Origin: a bacterium
GTDB lineage: Bacteria > SZUA-182 > DTGQ01 > JAFGSM01
DNA: 55,870 nt
Assembly: GCA_049472355.1 (NCBI GenBank)
Contig: JBLIRP010000011.1
Span: 1-55,870, forward strand
Reading direction: 5' to 3'
The notes below the pieces were generated by a model. It was not told where the DNA came from, ran no database searches, and was given only the letters and a program-made list of their open reading frames with translations. This document shows positions 33,358-44,279 of the stretch, piece by piece. The position numbers were made by a program, and so were the translations under genes. Position 1 is the first letter of the stretch. Each line of letters begins with the position of its first letter.

Positions 33358-36165
33358 TCACATGGGGGGGGTTGTTCCCACCATCAGCAACAGCAGGATG
33401 ATCACGCTGTAAAGAAGCATGAACAGGAAATGGGAGGCGGCGAGCAGTGTATTGCTTCTTTGATTGGCATCACGGTATTTTTTCAGGATGCGCACCATCA
33501 CATAGAAGGAGAGTATGATCCCCGGCACGAAGAGCACGATCTGAAAGACATGAAACAGCGGGATACTGTAGACGACGGTGGTTGATTCCGCAGCAGGCTG
33601 CAGCAGGGAAAAGATATGCGCATTGATCCTGGGAAGAAGGGAGAGAATTGTGCCCGTAAACAATGTAACCGCAAGGGGTTTCAGCAATCCACCCCATCCC
33701 TCCTTGAGGTCAACCCTGGTGAACGAAACGACGATGTACGCGATGATCTTAAAAAACACGATGAATTCGAAGAGAAGATAGACAACCTTGAACAGGTTAA
33801 AGAGGGTCTTGCTGTAGATGACGATATTCGCGGATATGGAAGGGGAAAGAAGCACGCTGAACAGGAAATTGTTCACGATGGGCAGGAATTGCAACTGATA
33901 GGCGATGTGCGCGGTCAGGGCAAGGGGCACATAGGCATAGGTGAGCCGCCACAGAACATCCCCTGCTGTGTACTCCTCACCCTTGAACCCCAAGCGGGTG
34001 ATCCCCCACAGGATGCCCAGGAGCGCTATGGGTGCGGCGATAAAGAGCAGGGTGAAGGGGATGATCGCATGCCCGATGATATGCTGGTGCACCAGGAGGA
34101 TGGGAATCAGTATCCCCATCAGGGCGACCACAAAGAGAAAGAGCCCCTTGTTCAGCCGCTCCGAGGTGTAGATCTCGGTGGCCGGCGGTCTGACGTTGAT
34201 GGATATATTGTCATGGGTGCAGCTTCTCACGCAATTAAGACACAACTTACAGGTTTGGTTGTTGTCCACATACACGAGGTGCTGGAACATGGGACAGCCC
34301 TGGGTCTCGGCGGTCCCCTTGTAGCAATCCTGGGTGGTGCATTGATTCAGGCATACGTCGGTATTGGATCTGACCTCCACGATCGAGGACATGGAACAGA
34401 TGGAGATCAACGCCCCCAGGGGACAGACAAAACGGCACCACGAATCCCGCTTGTACACCACCCCCATGAGCACCGCCAGGCTGAGAATGCTCAACTGCAG
34501 CACCCCCACCCTGAATGAGGAGTGTCGCATGGCGGTTATCTCCTCCACCCAGATCACCAACATGAAGCCCAGGGTCATGAAGAGGAAATCGAATTTCTTG
34601 AAGGGGAAGTTGTGCTCCAGCTTGACAACCCTTTTTGCGAGGCGGCTGTAGGTGGCATAGGGACAGATGGCGCACCAGAATCGCCCGATAAAGAAAAAGG
34701 AAATAAACATGGCCGGCCACCACACGGACCACGTCAATACCCTGCCCACATGGTTATAGGGATAGGGAAGCCGATGGCTGAACAGCGAAAGCCCTATGAT
34801 CAGGAGAAAGACCACGGCCACGATTTCACGGATCTTCTCGGGGAATATCCTTCGCTGTACCCATGAACGAAAAAACTTCAGACGCAGGAGGTCGAACAAA
34901 ACAAGCGGCTTGGTCGCCGGCATTCCGAGAAAGATATGCTCCGACCGGACCGCATCCGATTGGGTGAGGGTCACGGCGCGTTCTATGACCTCTTCGAGCT
35001 CCTGGACGTTCGACAGCTTATAGTTGTGGGTCAAGAGCAGCTTCATGGCTGCCTCGCTCACCTTGTCCACCCGCTTGTCATAGTATTGGGCATATTTCTT
35101 GATGAAGTGGTCGACCAGATCAGGGATATCCCTTTTCCGCTCACGGAGAGGGGGGACATAGATCGTGTTGGCTGTCAGGGAATGCAGGAGGTCCCGGTCA
35201 AATGATCCCCGCTCCGCCTTCGACTTCAGGTCCACCCTGCTCGTGGCCATGATGCGCACATCCGGCGGATAGCATTGAGACCCCTGCTTCACCCCTGTCT
35301 TGAAGGAGAGCAGTTCCTGAATCCTCACCTGGACGTCCAGGGGAAGCACCTCGATATTCTTCAACAGCAGGGAACCCCCTTCGGCCAGTTCCAGATAGCT
35401 GAAACCGATGCCGCGCTGTTCCTGGGAGGGGTGGTAGCATAATCGATCGCCGAAGAGTTGGGTATGCATGGTTTCGGGGACCAGCTTTTCACAATCCACG
35501 GATATGAAGGGCTTTGCCGAGCGGATGCTTTTTGCATGCACGATGCGGGCGATGAGTTCCTTGCCGGTTCCGTACTCCCCCTCGATCAACACGGGGTCAT
35601 CATTTCCGGCAACCCGTTCTATGGCCTCGTTCAGCTCATGAATGGCCCTGGTCTTGCCGATGATCCTGGTATATTGACCGATCCTCTTGTTCTGCTGCAG
35701 GAACTGAAGGGCCTTCTCCTTGTATTTCGCCGCTTCTTCGACGATATTCGTGGAGCGGAGTTGTCGTAAGATCGCCCGGAGGATGTACTGGCTGATCTCA
35801 GGATCTATGTCCAAAAGCGACAGGAATCGTTCCTTGGAAAGACAGAGACATTCGCTCTCCTCCACTGCGACAATCTCGGTGGCGCTCGGCTGATCGTAGA
35901 GGAGGTTAAAGTCGCCGAAATGGTGTGCGGGAAGCAGATAGGAGATATGCGCATGACGATTCATCTGGTCCTTGACATATACCTCGAGCCGTCCCCTGGA
36001 CACGATATAGAGGTTCCCTATCCGCTCCCCCTGGCCGATCACCACCTCCCGCGGCCCGAAGACGGCCGTTGTAAATTGATCCGCAAGGGAGGGGAAGAAG
36101 TGGGGGGGCAATCCCCTGAACAACTCGGTCTTGCCGAGCAGATCGATGACCCGCTTATTCTCCAC
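33358..36165 (-). CDS. cNMP-binding domain + degenerate sigma54-activator AAA+ domain + membrane 4Fe-4S (NapH/RdxA-like) domain protein
   Basis: GTG start with GAGG RBS; cNMP domain (LYIVSRGRLEV, FGD); GEYGTGKE and PPLRERKRDI; GRFWCAICP, SWCRFVCPLG, CLNQCTTQDCYKG...GCP, CKLCLNCVRSC; many TM helices. Confidence 0.85.
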   Translation of the reverse strand: MENKRVIDLLGKTELFRGLPPHFFPSLADQFTTAVFGPREVVIGQGERIGNLYIVSRGRLEVYVKDQMNRHAHISYLLPAHHFGDFNLLYDQPSATEIVAVEESECLCLSKERFLSLLDIDPEISQYILRAILRQLRSTNIVEEAAKYKEKALQFLQQNKRIGQYTRIIGKTRAIHELNEAIERVAGNDDPVLIEGEYGTGKELIARIVHAKSIRSAKPFISVDCEKLVPETMHTQLFGDRLCYHPSQEQRGIGFSYLELAEGGSLLLKNIEVLPLDVQVRIQELLSFKTGVKQGSQCYPPDVRIMATSRVDLKSKAERGSFDRDLLHSLTANTIYVPPLRERKRDIPDLVDHFIKKYAQYYDKRVDKVSEAAMKLLLTHNYKLSNVQELEEVIERAVTLTQSDAVRSEHIFLGMPATKPLVLFDLLRLKFFRSWVQRRIFPEKIREIVAVVFLLIIGLSLFSHRLPYPYNHVGRVLTWSVWWPAMFISFFFIGRFWCAICPYATYSRLAKRVVKLEHNFPFKKFDFLFMTLGFMLVIWVEEITAMRHSSFRVGVLQLSILSLAVLMGVVYKRDSWCRFVCPLGALISICSMSSIVEVRSNTDVCLNQCTTQDCYKGTAETQGCPMFQHLVYVDNNQTCKLCLNCVRSCTHDNISINVRPPATEIYTSERLNKGLFLFVVALMGILIPILLVHQHIIGHAIIPFTLLFIAAPIALLGILWGITRLGFKGEEYTAGDVLWRLTYAYVPLALTAHIAYQLQFLPIVNNFLFSVLLSPSISANIVIYSKTLFNLFKVVYLLFEFIVFFKIIAYIVVSFTRVDLKEGWGGLLKPLAVTLFTGTILSLLPRINAHIFSLLQPAAESTTVVYSIPLFHVFQIVLFVPGIILSFYVMVRILKKYRDANQRSNTLLAASHFLFMLLYSVIILLLLMVGTTPPM

Positions 36166-36546
36166 GAACCCTCCTCATCAACGATGGCAATTCCGAGACG
36201 TTATGCCTGGCGCGTGGGCATACATATCCGGCCCCGGCGATGCACTCTCGGAATTCGAATTGCTGCGTGTTCATACCTTCCGGGATACCATTACCGAGAA
36301 AACACAAGCGCTTGATCTGCAGCAGGCCCTCCGCCGGTTCATCGGACACTCATCATATCCCTAAACAGGGAAATACACAAACAAAGCAGCCATGTATCGG
36401 CATCACCATTATACGACCTTGCCGCAAAGCATAAGCAGAGATGTCTGCTCACCCCTATGGAATGCCGGAATTGGAATTGCCCGGCATATCCCGCGCCTTT
36501 GTGTATATATTACAATAGGTCTTATTGATTAGTGTGTCAAAATATC

Positions 36547-36582
36547 CCCCTGTTTCACCCCCTGTTTCACCCCCTGTTTCAC
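36547..36582. repeat. Three perfect 12-bp direct repeats (CCCCTGTTTCAC)
   Basis: Copies at 36547, 36559 and 36571 in a divergent intergenic region. Confidence 0.95.
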
Positions 36583-36669
36583 TTCTTGACTCTTTGGCCG
36601 TAACGTAGGATACTTCTCAAGGTGCTCGATCAAAAACCCTGTTTTTTGTCCACACAGAAGGAGGGAACC

Positions 36670-36978
36670 ATGTTCATTGTGCTTGTGTCTGTGCATGCAA
36701 AACCGGAATTCGTGGAGGACTTCCTCAAGGCAACCACGGAGAACGCCAGAAACAGCGTTCAGGAACCGGGCATGGCACGCTTTGACGTGATTCAGCAACA
36801 GGATGATCCCACCCGGTTTGTTCTGGTTGAGGTTTACCGCAGCACGGAGGACACGGCACGTCATAAGGAAACCCATCACTACAAGAAATGGCGCGACACT
36901 GTGGAGACGATGATGGCGGAACCACGCATCAGCGTTAAATATGCCAATATCTTCCCTGATGATGAAGGATGGGATTGA
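36670..36978 (+). CDS. Antibiotic biosynthesis monooxygenase (ABM/LsrG-like) protein
   Basis: [44 protein letters not shown] before ATG 36670. Confidence 0.88.
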   Translation: MFIVLVSVHAKPEFVEDFLKATTENARNSVQEPGMARFDVIQQQDDPTRFVLVEVYRSTEDTARHKETHHYKKWRDTVETMMAEPRISVKYANIFPDDEGWD

Positions 36979-38138
36979 CGGCCGTGCGCTTTTCCTTTGC
37001 CGCCGCCCATCACATCATGTTCGGCGCCGGAACCCTCTCCGACATCGCACCCGTTGCCGGGGGAATGGGAAGGCGGGTGTTCGTGGTCACCGGCAGCACC
37101 CCTTCACGTGCCGCACCCCTTTTGAATGCCTTGGGTATGGAAGGGCTCGCCTGTTTCAGCTTCTCCACCCATGCGGAGCCCGCACTGGATGATATCCGCC
37201 GGGGGGTTGACCACGCACGCCAGGAAAAGTGTGACCTGATCATCGGGTTCGGGGGCGGGAGCGCCATCGACACGGCAAAGGCCATTGCAGCCATCCTGAG
37301 CAACGGGGGCGATCCCCTCGATTACCTGGAAATAATCGGGAAGGGGCTTCCCCTTTTGCGGCCGTCCATGCCATGGATCGCCATCCCCACCACGGCGGGA
37401 AGCGGTGCGGAGGTGACGAGCAATGCGGTCATTTGCTCCCCCGCCCACCGGGTGAAGGTCAGCCTCCGCAGCCCCTTGATGCATGCAAAGATAGTGCTTG
37501 TCGATCCTGCCCTCACCTTCACCCTTCCGCCTTCACTTACCGCAAGCACCGGGCTGGATGCACTGACCCAGCTCATTGAACCGTATGTCTCAATCAAGGC
37601 GAACCCGCTGACCGATGCATTCTGCAGGGAGGGCATCCCGCGGGTTGCCCGGTCCCTGAAGCGTGCCTATGAACATGGCAATGATGCTCAGGCCAGGGAG
37701 GATATGTCCCTGGCCGCCCTCCTTGGAGGGCTGGCGCTTTCCAATGCCAAACTCGGTGCGGTTCACGGGATTGCCGGCCCCTTGGGAGGCATGGTGCCGT
37801 CATCCCACGGCAGTCTGTGCGCGCGCCTGCTCGCCCCGGTTATGGAGGCGAATATTTCAGCGCTCGATGAAAGGCTCCCCGAATCCACGGCGCTCACACG
37901 ATACGAAGAGATTGCCCGGATTTTCACCGGGAATGAAAAGGCCTCGGCAATGGAGGGTGTTGCCTGGGTCCTGGATCTATGCGAGACCTTCAGAGTGCCT
38001 TCCCTTTCCTCCTTCGGCCTGAAACGGGATGACTTCCCCTCACTCATCGAGAAGGCCCAACGGTCAAGCAGCATGCAGGGGAATCCCGTTGCCCTCACCC
38101 CGGATGAAATTGGGAATATACTCCGGAAGGCATTTTAG
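36969..38138 (+). CDS. Iron-containing alcohol dehydrogenase
   Basis: [42 protein letters not shown]. Confidence 0.92.
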   Translation: MGLTAVRFSFAAAHHIMFGAGTLSDIAPVAGGMGRRVFVVTGSTPSRAAPLLNALGMEGLACFSFSTHAEPALDDIRRGVDHARQEKCDLIIGFGGGSAIDTAKAIAAILSNGGDPLDYLEIIGKGLPLLRPSMPWIAIPTTAGSGAEVTSNAVICSPAHRVKVSLRSPLMHAKIVLVDPALTFTLPPSLTASTGLDALTQLIEPYVSIKANPLTDAFCREGIPRVARSLKRAYEHGNDAQAREDMSLAALLGGLALSNAKLGAVHGIAGPLGGMVPSSHGSLCARLLAPVMEANISALDERLPESTALTRYEEIARIFTGNEKASAMEGVAWVLDLCETFRVPSLSSFGLKRDDFPSLIEKAQRSSSMQGNPVALTPDEIGNILRKAF

Positions 38139-38325
38139 CAAAAGGAGAATGGCATGGAACATAAGACTTTTATTTTTTATATTTTTTTTGTATTATAGTA
38201 AATAGCATCCTTTCACATGCTTTTTCTCATTTTTTTGCAGCAATATTCGAAGAACCAATCAGAAAAGGCCAGTTTTTCTTTTTAATATATTTTTTGACTT
38301 TTTATTTTATTAATTGGTAAACAGT

Positions 38326-39402
38326 ATGTATACATCCGTCTATGCTGCCATTCTCGCCGGAGGTCACGGTACTCGGTTCTGGCCGCGAAGCCGCAAGCGA
38401 AATCCGAAACAACTCCTCGATATCATCGGGTCGGAGTCCATGATCCGTCTGACCCTTGCACGCATCGAGCCATCCATTCCCCTGGACAACCTCTTCATCA
38501 TCACCAGCCGTGACCTGGCCCCCCTGATCAGCGACCATCTTCCTCAGATCAAACCCGGCAATATTCTCGCCGAACCCTGCGGACGCAACACCGCCCCTGC
38601 CCTCTCCCTGGCCGCCGCACATTTACTGGTTCAGGACCCTGATTCCATTATGGTGGTTCTCACCGCCGATCATCTGATCCAAAAAAAATCATCGTTTCTC
38701 AACCTCATTAACAAGGGGGTGGAACTGGCCCAAAGCAGTGATTATCTTATTACCCTGGGGATAACCCCTACGTTTCCGGAAACCGGATACGGGTATATCC
38801 AGATGGGTGAATGCATTGATAACGAGCACCTCTGTTACCGGGTGAAGCGCTATGTGGAGAAACCCGACCGAAAAACCGCACAGGCATATCTCAAAGACGG
38901 CGGGTATCTCTGGAACAGTGGCATGTTCATCTGGAGAACCCAGACCTTCTGGAATGCCCAGGAAAAATTCCTGCCCGCCATGCACTCCCAGTTCTGCCTG
39001 ATCAAGGATTCCTTCGGTACAGAAGGGTATGACGAAATCCTTCGCCGGGTATATGAGACCGTGGAATCCATTTCCGTCGACTACGGAATCATGGAGAAAT
39101 CCGACCGGGTGCTGGTGATACGGGCGGATATCGGCTGGAATGACGTGGGCTCCTGGACCGCACTTGAACAAATCCTGGAAAAGGGAGAAAATGGCAATAT
39201 TATCGTAGGGCATCACCTTGGCATCGATTCCCGGAACATCATTGCATATTCCCATAAAAAGCTTTTGGCCACTATCGGCATCAAGGACCTGATCATTGTC
39301 GACACCGATGATGCGCTTCTCGTGTGCCACAAGGATCGGGCCCAAGACATAAAAAATCTTGTAAGCCTCCTTGAACAAAAAGGCATGGAGGAATATCTCT
39401 GA
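38326..39402 (+). CDS. manC: Mannose-1-phosphate guanylyltransferase (no PMI domain)
   Basis: ILAGGHGTRFWPRSR...PKQLL, EPCGRNTAPA, PETGYGYI, VEKP, WNSGMF, SVDYGIMEK, WNDVGSW. Confidence 0.93.
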   Translation: MYTSVYAAILAGGHGTRFWPRSRKRNPKQLLDIIGSESMIRLTLARIEPSIPLDNLFIITSRDLAPLISDHLPQIKPGNILAEPCGRNTAPALSLAAAHLLVQDPDSIMVVLTADHLIQKKSSFLNLINKGVELAQSSDYLITLGITPTFPETGYGYIQMGECIDNEHLCYRVKRYVEKPDRKTAQAYLKDGGYLWNSGMFIWRTQTFWNAQEKFLPAMHSQFCLIKDSFGTEGYDEILRRVYETVESISVDYGIMEKSDRVLVIRADIGWNDVGSWTALEQILEKGENGNIIVGHHLGIDSRNIIAYSHKKLLATIGIKDLIIVDTDDALLVCHKDRAQDIKNLVSLLEQKGMEEYL

Positions 39403-39619
39403 TTACCGGCTTATGAATGTTCCGGTTGTGGATTATCCTTGAATACACGGATATGACGCAGCTTCCCCGAAGGTTGACGACCGGATCGGGCAGGGATCGC
39501 TGATGACAACGCGAATCGATTGCACCATTTGTTTCTCCTTGTATCTTCAACCAGACAGCATCTTCTAAGTTTATATACAAATTTTTACAAAATGTTACAG
39601 GGGTTAGCGAGGTGACCGC

Positions 39620-40339
39620 ATGTACAGCAGAACGGAGTGTCTTATCTGTAGCAATAAGCTCATCTACTTGAGTAATTCCGAGGGATTGGTCTGTTACTAC
39701 TGCAACGAGATCTTTGACAACAATGTGAAGTGCACGAACGGACACTATGTCTGCGAAAAATGTCAAGATCTTTCTGCAAACGATCTCATCGAAACATACT
39801 GCATCAAGAGTAAACTGGAAGATCCCTTTGAATTGGCGACAATCCTGATGAGAAATCCCAAATTCAAGATACACGGGCCGGAACATCATTTCCTGGTACC
39901 TGCGGTGCTGCTTGCCGCCTTTTACAATGCAAAAAGGTCATATGAGGATAAGGAAAGCAGCATACAACTGGCCAGAAAAAGGGTGGAACAAATTTCCGCG
40001 GAGTCCTGCAATTACCAAGGAAATTGCGGTGCTGCGGTGGGGACCGGCATCTTTATCAGCCTTATCACCAATGCAACAACATTGTCCAAATGCGAATGCA
40101 AGTTGAGTAATCTGATGACCTCGAAGTCCCTGTACTACATAGGGACCTATGGCGGCCCACGGTGCTGCAAGAGAAATACCTTTCTCTCCATAAAGGAGGC
40201 GACGAATTTCCTGGAGGAGATATTCGGCACCACGATGAACATCTCCGCTGACCCTGTGTGTGAATTCTCATCATCCAACAAGGAATGCAAAGGGAACGAA
40301 TGCCCCTTTTTTAATAAGGAACCGCTCAACGCCGGATAG
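39620..40339 (+). CDS. Cys-rich DUF5714-like protein
   Basis: CLIC, CYYC, CTNGHYVCEKC, HGPEHHFLVP, CGAAVG, GGPRCCKRN, CPF. Confidence 0.75.
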   Translation: MYSRTECLICSNKLIYLSNSEGLVCYYCNEIFDNNVKCTNGHYVCEKCQDLSANDLIETYCIKSKLEDPFELATILMRNPKFKIHGPEHHFLVPAVLLAAFYNAKRSYEDKESSIQLARKRVEQISAESCNYQGNCGAAVGTGIFISLITNATTLSKCECKLSNLMTSKSLYYIGTYGGPRCCKRNTFLSIKEATNFLEEIFGTTMNISADPVCEFSSSNKECKGNECPFFNKEPLNAG

Positions 40340-40454
40340 TCTGACACCGCCGTGCAGGGGCTAAGGTGAATCCAAATCGTGATGAGAAGAGACTCACGCA
40401 AGGGGTGGCATTCGATAGGACATCCGTCCACATGAAGGATGCCGTGATGGTTGG

Positions 40455-40560
40455 GAAGGATGAAGGATGAAGGATGAAGGATGAGAACAAAAAAACAAAT
40501 GTAGAATGTAGAATGCAGAATGTAGAATGTAGAAGGATAAAGAATGAAGGATGAGAACAA
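40455..40560. repeat. Heptamer tandem repeat tract
   Basis: GAAGGAT x4 (40455-40482), AATGYAG x5 (40498-40532), GAAGGATGAGAACAA twice. Confidence 0.92.
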
Positions 40561-40608
40561 GAAAAAGCAAAGGTGGAATGCTGAATAGTAACGGAGGACA
40601 CAGAATCG

Positions 40609-40881
40609 ATGGGATCTGACAAGCTCAGGGAATCACTGGAAGCACTGCACAACGAACTTGATTCAATTGAGTCCGTGGATGAGGAGGGGCGCGAACTCCT
40701 CCGCATGCTGGGGGATGACATACAAAAACTGCTTGACAAAACAGGGGCAGAGGAATCCCGCCAACGCAGATCCCTTGCTGAACGATTGACACAGGGGATC
40801 AATTATTTCGAAGGATCCCATCCGACCCTCGCATTGACCATGAAAAAGGTGATTGAGACCCTGAGCAATATGGGGATTTGA
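40609..40881 (+). CDS. DUF4404-like small helical protein
   Basis: LRESLEALHNELD...FEGSHPTLA...TLSNMGI. GGAGG RBS. Confidence 0.8.
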   Translation: MGSDKLRESLEALHNELDSIESVDEEGRELLRMLGDDIQKLLDKTGAEESRQRRSLAERLTQGINYFEGSHPTLALTMKKVIETLSNMGI

Positions 40882-40897
40882 CCCCCACTTCTCCCCC

Positions 40898-43504
40898 TTA
40901 TGTTCCGGCCTTCTCTTTTTGCTGGAAGACCACCGATTCCCGGTCCGGGGACAGGACTGCCTCCAGGTGATCCCCTGCAGCGAATCTCCCCTCCAGAATG
41001 GCCATGGCCAGCGGGTCCTGTATGTAATGCTGGATGGTCCTCTTCAACGGACGCGCGCCATAGGCCGGATTATATCCCTTTGCTGCAAGGAAATCCTTCA
41101 CCTCCTGGGAAAGGGTGAGTTGGATCTTCTTTTCCGCCAGCATCTTCGTGAGCCTTCGCATCTGTATTTCCACAATCTGTTCGATCTGTTCCCTGCCAAG
41201 GCTGTGGAATATGATCGTCTCGTCGATCCGGTTCAGGAACTCGGGCTTGAAGTGCGCCCTCAGCGCATCGAGCACCCGGCGTTTCATTTCGTCGTATTCC
41301 TTCTCCCCCAACTCCTGTATCCACTGGCTCCCGATATTGGAGGTCATGATGATGAGGCTGTTTCTGAAGTCCACCGTCCTACCCTGCCCGTCGGTGAGGC
41401 GTCCGTCGTCCAGGATCTGGAGCATGACGTTGAACACGTCCGAGTGCGCCTTTTCAATCTCGTCAAAAAGGATGACACAATAGGGCCTGCGGCGGACCAC
41501 CTCGGTGAGCTGTCCCCCTTCCTCGAACCCGACGTATCCGGGTGGTGCGCCGATCAAGCGGGACACCGTGTGTTTTTCCATGTATTCCGACATGTCGATC
41601 CTGACCATTGCCTGGTCGTCATCGAACAGGAATGCGGCCAGGGCCCGGGCGAGTTCCGTCTTGCCCACCCCGGTTGGCCCCATAAATATGAAGGAACCGA
41701 GCGGCCTGTTGGGGTCCTGGAGCCCCGCCCTGGCCCGCCGTATGGAATTCGCCACCATATGGATGGCCTCGTCCTGGCCGACCACCCGTTCCCTGAGGCG
41801 GTCTTCCATCTTGATGAGCTTCTCCCTTTCACCCTCCATGAGGCGGGTCACCGGTATGCCGGTCCACTTGGATACCACCTCGGCGATGTCCTCCTCGTCC
41901 ACCTCCTCCTTGAGCATACGCGTGTCCTTCTGGATCTCGCCGAGCCTTGCATTCGCCCCCTCCAGTTCCTTGTTCAGGGAGGCGAGGGTGCCATAGCGAA
42001 GCTCCGCTGCCTTGCCCAGGTCCCCTGCCCTTTCGGCACGTTCAGCATCGATCTTGATCTGCTCGATCCTCTCCTTGATGGAGCGGATCTTGGTAATGAT
42101 CTCCTTCTCCGCCTGCCAATGCGCCTGCATGGCATCCTGTTGTTCCTTCAGATCCGCAAGCTCCTTTTCCAGCTTGGCGAGACGTTCCTTGGATGCGGGG
42201 TCCTTCTCCTTTTTCAGGGCCTGCCGTTCGATCTCGAGCTGGATACTCCGTCGCTTGATCACGTCGATCTCGTTGGGCATGCTGTCGATCTCTATCCTCA
42301 ACCGTGATGCGGACTCGTCGATGAGGTCGACCGCCTTGTCGGGCAGAAACCGGTCCGTGATATACCGGTGAGAGAGGGTGGCAGCGGCCACGATGGCGGC
42401 ATCCGTGATCCTCACCCCGTGGTGGACCTCGTAGCGCTCCTTGAGCCCCCTGAGTATGGCGATGGTGTCCTCAACCGAAGGCTCCCCAACATACACCGGC
42501 TGGAAGCGTCGCTCCAGGGCCGCATCCTTCTCGATATATTTCCGGTACTCGTCGAGGGTGGTGGCGCCTACGCAGCGAAGGTCGCCCCGGGCAAGCGCGG
42601 GCTTGAGCATGTTCGATGCGTCGATGGCCCCCTCGGCGCGTCCTGCCCCTACCAGGGTGTGTATCTCGTCGATGAACAGGACGATCTGCCCCTCGGATGC
42701 CTCCACCTCTTTGAGGAACGCCTTGAGCCGGTCCTCGAACTCACCCCTGAACTTGGCGCCTGCGATCATGGCCCCCATGTCCATGGCCACGATGCGCTTG
42801 TCCTTGAGGGTTTCCGGAACGTCGCCCGCTATGATGCGCTGGGCAAGGCCCTCTACGATGGCGGTCTTTCCCACCCCCGGGTCCCCGATGAGCACCGGGT
42901 TGTTCTTGGTGCGCCGCGAAAGTACCTGCATGATGCGCCGGATCTCGTCATCCCTTCCAATGACCGGGTCGAGCTTCCCCCTGCGGGCAAGCTCCGTGAG
43001 ATCCCTTGAGTAGCGGGCAATGGCCTGGTACTTATCCTCGGGGTTCTGGTCGGTGATACGCTGCTGGCCCCGGATGCCCACCAGGGCGGACATGATCCTG
43101 TCCCTGTCCGCACCAAGCTCCTTCAGAATCCGGGCGGCGGCCCCCCCCTTCTCCTCGGAGATGGCGATGAGGAGATGTTCCGCACTGACATACTCGTCCT
43201 TCAGGCCCTGGGCCTCGGAAAAGGCCTGGTCCAGAACCTTTTTCAGCCTCGGGGAGATATAGGTCTGCTCGGTGGCCCCATGGACCTTGGGAATACGATC
43301 AAGCTCCCGGTTCAACCGCTCCATGAGAATTCGTTGAGCTATGCCGAGTTTCTGGAGGATGGGCAGGGTCACCCCCTCGCTTTGCTCGGCCATGGCACGC
43401 AGCAGGTGCTCCGGCTCCATGGCCTGGTGATTCATCCCGTCCGCTATGGCCTGTGCCTCCTGAATGACCTCCTGCGCCTTGATGGTGAATCGATCAAATC
43501 TCAT
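40898..43504 (-). CDS. clpB: ATP-dependent chaperone ClpB
   Basis: Two AAA+ modules ([16 protein letters not shown]), [11 protein letters not shown], coiled-coil M domain, [22 protein letters not shown]. Confidence 0.98.
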   Translation of the reverse strand: MRFDRFTIKAQEVIQEAQAIADGMNHQAMEPEHLLRAMAEQSEGVTLPILQKLGIAQRILMERLNRELDRIPKVHGATEQTYISPRLKKVLDQAFSEAQGLKDEYVSAEHLLIAISEEKGGAAARILKELGADRDRIMSALVGIRGQQRITDQNPEDKYQAIARYSRDLTELARRGKLDPVIGRDDEIRRIMQVLSRRTKNNPVLIGDPGVGKTAIVEGLAQRIIAGDVPETLKDKRIVAMDMGAMIAGAKFRGEFEDRLKAFLKEVEASEGQIVLFIDEIHTLVGAGRAEGAIDASNMLKPALARGDLRCVGATTLDEYRKYIEKDAALERRFQPVYVGEPSVEDTIAILRGLKERYEVHHGVRITDAAIVAAATLSHRYITDRFLPDKAVDLIDESASRLRIEIDSMPNEIDVIKRRSIQLEIERQALKKEKDPASKERLAKLEKELADLKEQQDAMQAHWQAEKEIITKIRSIKERIEQIKIDAERAERAGDLGKAAELRYGTLASLNKELEGANARLGEIQKDTRMLKEEVDEEDIAEVVSKWTGIPVTRLMEGEREKLIKMEDRLRERVVGQDEAIHMVANSIRRARAGLQDPNRPLGSFIFMGPTGVGKTELARALAAFLFDDDQAMVRIDMSEYMEKHTVSRLIGAPPGYVGFEEGGQLTEVVRRRPYCVILFDEIEKAHSDVFNVMLQILDDGRLTDGQGRTVDFRNSLIIMTSNIGSQWIQELGEKEYDEMKRRVLDALRAHFKPEFLNRIDETIIFHSLGREQIEQIVEIQMRRLTKMLAEKKIQLTLSQEVKDFLAAKGYNPAYGARPLKRTIQHYIQDPLAMAILEGRFAAGDHLEAVLSPDRESVVFQQKEKAGT

Positions 43505-43661
43505 GGTATGCGTCTCCCCTTATCTGCCTGTTTGCATCAATGCATTGAGCGGTGAGCATCCGGATGCGATCTCATCATATCGAGCCTCCGCTACATGCAC
43601 ATACAGCATATTATATAAGATTGTAGTCCGCGGAGGTCAAAAGGACATGCAGATTATCGGA

Positions 43662-44279
43662 TCAGCAGTGCCCCTTTTCACGTAACAGGGAATCGACGTG
43701 AACCCGAACCTCTTCCTGCACCTCATTCAAAGGCCTCTGACTGTCAATGAATCGGATGTTGGACCCATTGAACGAGCGGAAGATCTCATCCACCGTGCTG
43801 AGAAAGGATTCCTTTTCGTAGCCGTCCGTGCCCTTCTGCCTTTCCGCCCTGATCCGTGCAAGCCCCTCTTCAACGGCGATGAGGAAGATAAGCACGAGGT
43901 CCGGCCGGGGGGCGAAGGATTCGTTCCGCCTCCTGATCATCTCCACGTCGAGGCCAAGTGCTCCCTGGTACGCCATGGTCGAATAGTAATAACGATCTAT
44001 CAGCACGACAAGTCCGCTGGAAAGGGCAGGCTCGATGTTCTCCCTGACGTCCTCCATCCGGTCCCGGATGAAAAGATCGAGTTCCTCTTCCGGTGTTCCC
44101 CTCGGAGCCCTGCCGGAAAGGATTTCGCGAATCATCCTCCCGTGCTGCCCCTTGGTCGGCTCCCTGAGGAGTCTCACCGGAATCCCTCGTGATGAAAGGT
44201 AACCGAAGGTCATCTCAGCCTGGGTGCTTTTCCCCGCACCATCGATGCCTTCAAAGTCTATCAGCAATCCGCGGCCCAT
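43662..44279 (-). CDS. tmk: Thymidylate kinase
   Basis: FEGIDGAGKSTQ, REP, DRYYYSTMAYQG, PDL. Start set at ATG 44279. Confidence 0.95.
   Translation of the reverse strand: MGRGLLIDFEGIDGAGKSTQAEMTFGYLSSRGIPVRLLREPTKGQHGRMIREILSGRAPRGTPEEELDLFIRDRMEDVRENIEPALSSGLVVLIDRYYYSTMAYQGALGLDVEMIRRRNESFAPRPDLVLIFLIAVEEGLARIRAERQKGTDGYEKESFLSTVDEIFRSFNGSNIRFIDSQRPLNEVQEEVRVHVDSLLREKGHC

Noticed and set aside
33358..36165. This protein as the activator of the two sigma54 promoters in the window
   Set aside because: It has no GAFTGA, Walker B or HTH and is membrane-embedded; the activator must be encoded elsewhere.
40147..40802. Minus-strand ORFs with FILHPSS/ILHSTF repeats
   Set aside because: These are translations of the heptamer repeat tract and the antisense of real genes.
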